In this document: piece by piece, positions 56,728 through 64,000 of the stretch
Position numbering within the stretch: position 1 is the first letter of the stretch
Layout of the letters: each line of letters begins with the position of its first letter
Notes under the pieces: generated by a model
What the model was told of the DNA's origin: nothing
Databases searched by the model: none
Seen by the model: the letters and a program-made list of their open reading frames with translations, nothing else
Position numbers and translations under genes: made by a program
Source of the DNA: Octopus sinensis
Taxonomy: Eukaryota
Direction of reading: 5' to 3'
DNA length: 64,000 nucleotides
Assembly: GCF_006345805.1 (NCBI RefSeq)
Contig: NC_043010.1
Location: 21,638,001 to 21,702,000 of the forward strand

Positions 56728-56866
56728 GTAATATAATATGTGACAATTATTCGGTTGCCATAGTAAAACTCCGAATATGGCAACCGAATAATTGTCAGGT
56801 ATTATATTACAGATAAATTCCTCTATTTACATAATAGCGAGGTCTTATTCATTCTTTTGTTGTCAT
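56725..56866 (+). mobile_element. Hairpin-plus-tail element in (TA)n, related to the 29808 family
   Basis: TGACAATTATTCGGTTGCCATA (56741-56762) / TATGGCAACCGAATAATTGTCA (56776-56797), a perfect inverted pair. Tail AAATTCCTCTATTTACAT..GAGGTCTTATTCATTCTTTTGTTGTC. Confidence 0.75.
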
Positions 56867-56874
56867 ACCATTAC

Positions 56875-56911
<37 letters not shown>

Positions 56912-58394
56912 TTATTTTGATTTATCAAATTGTTAATATTTATATTTTCATCTTGATCACTTATCTCAAAAGTATATTTTTTCTGGAATTGTGCACAACA
57001 TTATTGGGATATTTTATGAATTTGTTAAAGTTATTGTATGACATAAAGTTTAAGAAAAAAAAAAAAGTTTGCAAAAAATTTTCCTGCTTTCCAAAACTCT
57101 GTAACATCGATATTTGATAAAATGAAAATCTGAGAAGAAAACATATTCCATTAAAGGGCACATCCCAGATAATAACAGGTTGACAGTAAACAGATTCAAA
57201 TTACAAAAGATATAACTATTATCTTTAGGTCAAGATATCTAAAGTAAAACCTTAGGCAGAATGAAAATGGTTTAAAAAAATATTTAACAAAACGTAGGCC
57301 AATTTGAACACGGATCACGAAAAAAAGTAAAGCTGCTCTATAATTATTTTCAGAAGGAATTTTATTTCAGAAATGTGTATTCCTTCAATTTAGTTATAAA
57401 ATTTATAATTTTTTGATTCTAGATATTTTTGTAACAATTGCTTTTCCATATACTTGTTTTGGTTTTTTTTTTTGTAACCGTTATTATCTTTTTTTTTTTC
57501 TTTTCAGAAAATTTAATTTCTAAATGCAAACAACTAATTTTCTTGGCGTTATTCCTTTTCCTGAGATTGATTCATCTCGCATTTATAAATATTCTTATAT
57601 TTCTCACAACTAACCATAGTGATTATATGTCTATTTCGAGAAATGATCTTTTTCTAAAGCTCTTCTGCTGAGATTATACCACTAACTTTCTTCTTTCTGT
57701 GTCTAACAACACTAACTCTGGAACACGACATTCTCCAATAATTTTAGGAGACATATTTCTAGATATGTTTACGCACGTAGACGAGTTTCTAATTATATTC
57801 ATATTTAAATTCGATCCATTCGATTCTCAAACGTAGTTGAAAAATATCGCTCCATTTAGGAAAGAAATGGAAGATCTCTCTTGAAATCTCCAAAGCGGCA
57901 CGTAAAATATAAATTGTGCTCCCTCGTTCTTCGACTGGGTTTTTGTTTGTCAAACTTTGTAGTATTTGAGAGCATCACTTTTATTACCTTGGGTCACTTG
58001 CTAGAGGCATTGAGAGAGGAAATACATGACTTGCAACAGCAATCAAATGCGTTGACAGACATCTCAAGCCATCCCCGATATCCGTTCCCGGAGTTCAGTC
58101 TAATTAAACCTTTGTCGACTTCGATTGAATTTACACAATTACGCAAACACCAAATTAATAACTTATTGGTGTATGGCTCAACTTCAGCTCTCGTTAAAGA
58201 CTCGAATGGCATTGTTATTTATCCTAACCATTGACGACCTACAATCATGAACATCCCAATCCATTTGAAGAGCTCACAACCATAATTTTGACAAATTCCA
58301 CCGTAAGCTATATGATATCTGTTCCAACTATTGGTTTCGGATTTTGGTACAGAGCTAGCAAGCAAGTACAAGGTAAGGAGGTAATTCGATTACG

Positions 58395-58552
58395 TTTACC
58401 TCAGTACTTGACTGGTACTTATTTTATCGATCCCGAAATTATGAAAGGCAAAGTCGACCTCGGCGGATTTTAACTCAGAATGTACAGACGGATGACATGC
58501 TGCCAAGCATTTCATCCCGCGTACTAACGATTCGGTTAGCTAGCCGCCTTAT
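58395..58552 (-). mobile_element. SINE family S1
   Basis: CTGGTACTTATTTTATCGATCCCGAA..GAAAGGCAAAGTCGACCTCGGCGG..GCTAGCCGCCTT. Confidence 0.8.
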
Positions 58553-58606
58553 AGCCAATTGAAATATATACACAAACACATTTTTCTCTAGGCAGTATCG
58601 TATATA

Positions 58607-58684
<78 letters not shown>

Positions 58685-58688
58685 TACA

Positions 58689-60571
58689 CAGTTGCGGCCA
58701 AAATGTTCAGAACGGCATTGCTTTCGTCAGAAAAGTAGATATAATTTTTTATCAAAGTTGTTTTATAATCTATAATTTTCAACGACAATAAATACGATAT
58801 TATTTGTTATTGCTTGAGATTTTGGTGTAATTTGAGAGGATAATACAAAGGTTATGGATGATTTAGTGATTTACTGCAAAACCCATGGCGGTCAAAAGGA
58901 TCAGAACGGTTGAAAAAATAACAAAATAATCAAAAATGACAGAGAATACTGGAATTATTTAATATTTAGTGTGAAGCCCTTTAACTTCAATCACACTCTG
59001 ACATCTTCGACTGCATGAGGAAATTAAATTTTCAATTTCTTGCTGGGTGATCTTATTCCATTCTTCCTGAAGGGCATTCCATAATTGCTCAGTTGTTTTA
59101 GGATTTCTGGCTTTCGAACGTCCTCCTAGAATATTCCACACATTTTCAATAGGATTGAGAAAGAAATAATATAATTGTACGAAAATTCATTTTCAATTTT
59201 GTTCTCCGTAATATTGTGCGCTATCTATTTTAGCATTAAATTAATTATTATGTTGATGAGGATACATTTACTAAGACAAAAGAACTCTGTCTTAAATATG
59301 ACGTGTGTTTTCATCGTTAAATATCCAACGAATTAAAACGTTGATTGGAACAATCGCTCTAAATATAATCGCACCTGCATACAGACATGCAAACACACAC
59401 ATAAGTATGGACATATATTAAGTTATACACACAATCCATAACAATAACCTTTTCAGCCTTGAGGAAGTTCATGACCACCTTAGCCTTGTGACATGGGGCA
59501 TTGTCCTGCATGAATATGGGTGGTCGCTTAGTTGAATTTCTCAGCACAGGCAAGACATGATCTTTTACAAGTTGTTTATAAACACCTGCATTTTACTTTC
59601 CATGTAATCGCACCAAAGGGCCCACACCATCTCCAGATATCATTCCCCAAACCATGACACTTCCTCCACCAAATTTAACACTAGTCTTAAGGCATTTAGG
59701 CAACAATTTTTCACCTACTTTTCTACGAAAGTACCATTTCCCATCTGAGCCAAATGACATAAACTTAGATTCATCACTGAAATGCACCGTTTGCCATTTT
59801 TCTTGAGACCACAACACATGTTCGGTTGCAAAGTTAAGACGACACTTTTTATTCTTGGAGCTGATCAGTGGCTTCACTGCAGGTGCTCTTGATTGTAGGT
59901 CATATTCAACTAAACGACCTGACACAGTTTTTCGAGATAAACTTTTCTTCAGTACAATGTTCATTTTCCGAGAAACAGCAGCAGCAGTTTTAAATCTGTC
60001 CTTTTTAACCAACTTTACCATAGCACGATCTTCTCTCTTGGTCGTTTTTCTTGGCCTACCTGTAAACTTTCTTGCTTCACACGAACCACAATCATCGTAG
60101 ACCTTAAGAATACCGTGTACTACACTTTTTGACTTGTTAACAATCTTTGCAATAGATCCAATACTTAAATTATCCTTCCTTCGAAACTAATAATCTACTG
60201 ACGAAATGGTAACGGAGTAAGTGGCATTATATTAACAAAGTACACTGCAAATATTCTTACTAACGTTTAGTAAACGAACCGTCACGTAAACAAATTCAAA
60301 ACATTAGAGTTCGCCGGTTAAATATACTAAAACACGAAGTAAAAGCAACCGTCATGATCCTTTTGGCCGCCATGGGTTTTGCAGTAAATCACTAAATCAT
60401 CCATAACTTTTGTATTATCATCTCAAATTACACCAAAATATCTCAGACAATAACAAATAATATCGTATTTATTGTCTTTGAAAATTATAGAATATAAAAC
60501 AACTTTGATAAAAACTTATATCTACTTTTCTGACGAAAACAATGCCGTTTTGAACATTTTGGCCGCAACTG
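58689..60571 (-). mobile_element. Tc1-family DNA transposon with ~215 bp IR/DR-type terminal inverted repeats
   Basis: TIRs 58689-58903 / 60355-60571 begin CAGTTGCGGCC. TA on the right flank, CA on the left. An inner direct repeat GGCGGTCAAAAGGATCA resembles the outer GCGGCCAAAATGTTCA. Confidence 0.95.
58959..60227 (-). pseudogene. Tc1 transposase (DD34E type), disrupted
   Basis: GRPRKTT, VHFSDESKF, VKFGGGSVMVWG, FMQDNAPCHKAK, LNPIENVW. Frameshifts near the start and near 59590, plus a 276 bp insertion. Confidence 0.95.
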
Positions 60572-60589
60572 TATATATATATATACAGG

Positions 60590-60745
60590 ATGGGCTTCTT
60601 GCAGTTTCGATCAATCAAATCCACTCACAATATTTTGGAAGGCCGGGGCTATAATAGGAAATACTCGCCCAAGCTTCCACACTGGAACCGAACCCGAAAC
60701 CGTGTGGTCAGGAAGCACGCTTCTTTCCACATAACCATCCCTACA
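60590..60745 (-). mobile_element. SINE family S2, 5' half, diverged
   Basis: GGGCTTCTTGCAGTTTC..AAATCCACTCACAA..GGGCTATAATAGGAAATACTCGCCCAAG. Confidence 0.65.
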
Positions 60746-61676
60746 CCCACTACATTATATCTGATATTATTTGAAAATGGATCTTCTCATCAACGTATTA
60801 TCTGGCATTAAATATACACATTTCTAACATCATTGGAATGGAGGGTTAATATGAAACTGAAGTAAAAACACAATCAATCTGCAAAATCTTAATCTCTGGA
60901 ACTAAATCGTCTCGAAAATAATGTGTCAGAGAAACAGAGAGATGAATCTTAAATAAATGACTTTCTAGAGTATTTGCAAAATTCTTAAAGAGAAAAATTC
61001 TTAATTAGAAAAAAAAATATTGTGCAAATCATTTGACCCATAATTAATCCTGCCTCGTTTTGAATAGACTTGATTTGCTATAGAATAATGCTTTACACAC
61101 ATTAAATGATCTATCATATTGCTATTTATTTAGCGACATTTATAAACTTGTGTTGTCATATGTTGCGCCTAGATTATCAGTGAATTAAATATGGATGTTA
61201 ACTCTCATTCCTTCCGAATGCTCAATTATTCTCTTACTACTAAAACGGCCAGAGTCAACGACTATTCAGGAGGTTGCGAGAAGCAACGAACATTTTACAA
61301 AAAATAGGTAAATGAATGGAAATCGAACCGGTGAGTTTGTTACTTAGTAAAGCATTAAAACAGAATGATTCTCTCCAGACACAATAAACTAAAACAGTAG
61401 TATAAGATCTAAAATATCGCATTACAAATAAACTCTCAGGAAGGTTTCTGTCTTATTTTCATCAATAACAGCCTTTCTTTCAAGTATGATCCAAGAATGA
61501 ATTACTAAGTTGAGGAAATGATGGTTCTTTTCAAACGAATCGCGCTAGTATTTGACCACTGATAGACAAAACGCGAAATCTACATCTGCGAAATTTGAAC
61601 TCGAAACGTAAAAACCGATGAAACACTGCTAAGTATTTTGATTGGTATGGAAACGATTCTGCCAGAGTGCCACATT

Positions 61677-61976
61677 TAGATGCAGAAGCGGGAAAGACCA
61701 CATGTAGATGTAGAAGCTAGAAAGACCACGTTTAGATGTAGAAACGGGAAAGACAACCGTTAGATATAGAAGCATGAAAGACCACCTTTAGAGTCAGAAG
61801 GGAGAAAGACCACCTTTAGATGTAGAAGCTAGAAAGACCACCTTTAGATGTAGAAGAGAAAAGACCACCTTTAGATGTAGAAGAGAAAAGACCACCTTTA
61901 GATGTAGAAGCGAAAAAGACTACCTTTAGATGTAGAAGCGAGAAATACCACGTTTAGATGTAGGAGCGTGAAAGAC
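61677..61976 (+). repeat. Minisatellite, ~28 bp unit x 11 (TAGATGTAGAAGCNAGAAAGACCACCTT)
   Basis: Units counted directly. The same unit appears in reverse orientation at ~62565-62735 and ~63562-63732. Confidence 0.9.
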
Positions 61977-62387
61977 TCATTGAATAGCTTATTATTAGAA
62001 GAGTTAATCTTAAAACGAGATCTGAATGTTTATCCACTTAGATTTTGATGAAATCTTCTCTCTTAATACCTGTATAGGTTTGTGTGCGTATGTGTATGTA
62101 ATGGACGTCGGAACATACAAAGAGGTAAAGGATATGTTTTATGAGGTGATCCGAGGAATAAAATGTACACCGGAAACTTGACTGAGGAATATTACCCACT
62201 GTCTTGCCTCTAGGTTTATCGGGCACAGTTCCTGACGAATAAAAACGTGAAACTCGGAGTGCTATAAGGTAAGTATACACACACACGCGCGCGCGCACGC
62301 ACACACACACACACACACACACGCACACACACATACACACACACTCACACACTGTGCTGAAATATATATATATATTCACACATATTA

Positions 62388-62419
<32 letters not shown>

Positions 62420-62435
62420 CGTATATATATATATA

Positions 62436-63087
62436 CGTATTTCAAAATAGAAAATTACCCTTTAACAGGCAATTTTAAATGCTAGAAATAGCAGCCAGCA
62501 CGGCCAAAAAACAATTTTTTATACCAAATTTCGAACCAAATGAAAAATAAAAACCTCTACCTTGTTGGTCTTTCTCGCTTCTACATCTGAAGGTGGTCTT
62601 TCTCGCTTCTACATCTGATGGTGGTCTTTTTCGCTTCTACATCTAAAGGTGGTCTTTCTCCCTTCTGCTCCTAAAGGTGGTCTTTCTTGCTTCTACATCT
62701 AAAAGTTGTCTTTTTCCCGCTTCTACATCTAAAGGTTATCTTGTCTCTGAGTTATAAGCTAGTTGTTTAGGCTGGTTACTGACGAGGATTCGCCTGGGAG
62801 ATAATATGGTCTTGCTAAATTATCTTTTAAAAGATAGCAAACGACATTATTCTGCTTAAGTAATCCGAAACCATGGTATAACCGTTATGTAACAAGGTAA
62901 ATGATTTTCATTTGCTTCGAAATTTGGTATAAAAAATTGTGGTTTTTTGGCCGTGTTGGCTGCTATTTCTAGCATGTAAAATTGGCTGTTAAAGGGTAAT
63001 TTCCTATTTTGAAATACGAATATGTTGTCTATTGACTTTTTATACATGTTAGGCCACTGGTGGTGATATTTATAACGAGTATTCGCC

Positions 63088-63091
<4 letters not shown>
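62436..63091 (+). mobile_element. Penelope-like pLTR element: inverted arm, minisatellite, hammerhead, arm, tail, (TA)n
   Basis: ~62436-62545 is an imperfect reverse complement of ~62905-63018. Tail 63019-63091, then (TA)n. Confidence 0.8.
62774..62883 (+). ncRNA. Type I hammerhead ribozyme with long stem II
   Basis: GGTTA-CTGACGA-GGATT..(71 nt with internal hairpins)..AATCC-GAAA-CCATGGT-A|TAACC. Stems I and II pair perfectly, stem III ACCATGGT is palindromic, GUA triplet. Confidence 0.85.
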
Positions 63092-63149
<58 letters not shown>

Positions 63150-63201
63150 TATATATATACATACATATATACTCGCGTACACTCGCTCAGACACACATAT
63201 G

Positions 63202-63254
<53 letters not shown>

Positions 63255-63283
63255 GTATGCATACATATCCATTACATACACGT

Positions 63284-63286
<3 letters not shown>

Positions 63287-63322
<36 letters not shown>

Positions 63323-63380
63323 CACATACACACACACTCACACACTGTGCTGAAATATATATATATATTCACACATATTA

Positions 63381-63417
<37 letters not shown>

Positions 63418-64000
63418 GTATATATATATATACGTATTTCAAAATAGAAAATTACCCTTTAACAGGCAATTTTAAATGCTAGAAATAGCAGCCAGCACGG
63501 CCAAAAAACAATTTTTTATACCAAATTTCGAACCAAATGAAAAATAAAAACCTCTACCTTGTTGGTCTTTCTCGCTTCTACATCTGAAGGTGGTCTTTCT
63601 CGCTTCTACATCTGATGGTGGTCTTTTTCGCTTCTACATCTAAAGGTGGTCTTTCTCCCTTCTGCTCCTAAAGGTGGTCTTTCTTGCTTCTACATCTAAA
63701 AGTTGTCTTTTTCCCGCTTCTACATCTAAAGGTTATCTTGTCTCTGAGTTATAAGCTAGTTGTTTAGGCTGGTTACTGACGAGGATTCGCCTGGGAGATA
63801 ATATGGTCTTGCTAAATTATCTTTTAAAAGATAGCAAACGACATTATTCTGCTTAAGTAATCCGAAACCATGGTATAACCGTTATGTAACAAGGTAAATG
63901 ATTTTCATTTGCTTCGAAATTTGGTATAAAAAATTGTGGTTTTTTGGCCGTGTTGGCTGCTATTTCTAGCATGTAAAATTGGCTGTTAAAGGGTAATTTC
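63287..64000 (+). repeat. Tandem duplicate (offset 997 bp) of 62290-63003, cut by the window end
   Basis: No differences noticed outside microsatellite lengths; includes the (CA)n flank, minisatellite and hammerhead. Confidence 0.95.
63771..63880 (+). ncRNA. Type I hammerhead ribozyme, second copy
   Basis: Identical to 62774-62883 at +997. Confidence 0.85.

Noticed and set aside
61677-61976. Regularly spaced ~28 bp repeats as a CRISPR array
   Set aside because: Units are contiguous without unique spacers, the context is eukaryotic, and there are no cas genes.

Overview
AT-rich, microsatellite-saturated animal genomic DNA. The SINE families and repeat landscape point to an octopod cephalopod (inference). 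No host protein-coding gene is recognisable, and most ORF-track entries are translations of microsatellites. Supported contents: many tRNA-derived SINE copies from at least 3 families; several Dong/R4-type (RLE) LINE fragments next to (TAA)n/(TAG)n; a decayed full-length Tx1/L1-clade LINE (~40.0-45.4 kb, minus) bracketed by two inverted copies of one short element; a mariner remnant; and a long-TIR Tc1 element (58.7-60.6 kb) broken by a templated insertion copied from 2.8 kb upstream. The most interesting signal is a set of unrelated short elements sitting in (TA)n tracts. They share the layout (TA)n / inverted arm / loop / arm / 40-75 bp tail / (TA)n, and several carry type I hammerhead ribozymes with palindromic stem III, as in Penelope-like pLTRs and retrozymes. 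One copy begins exactly at the predicted ribozyme cleavage site and is fused to an inverted copy of the host flank. Large inverted and tandem duplications anchored on microsatellites recur; some may be assembly artefacts.
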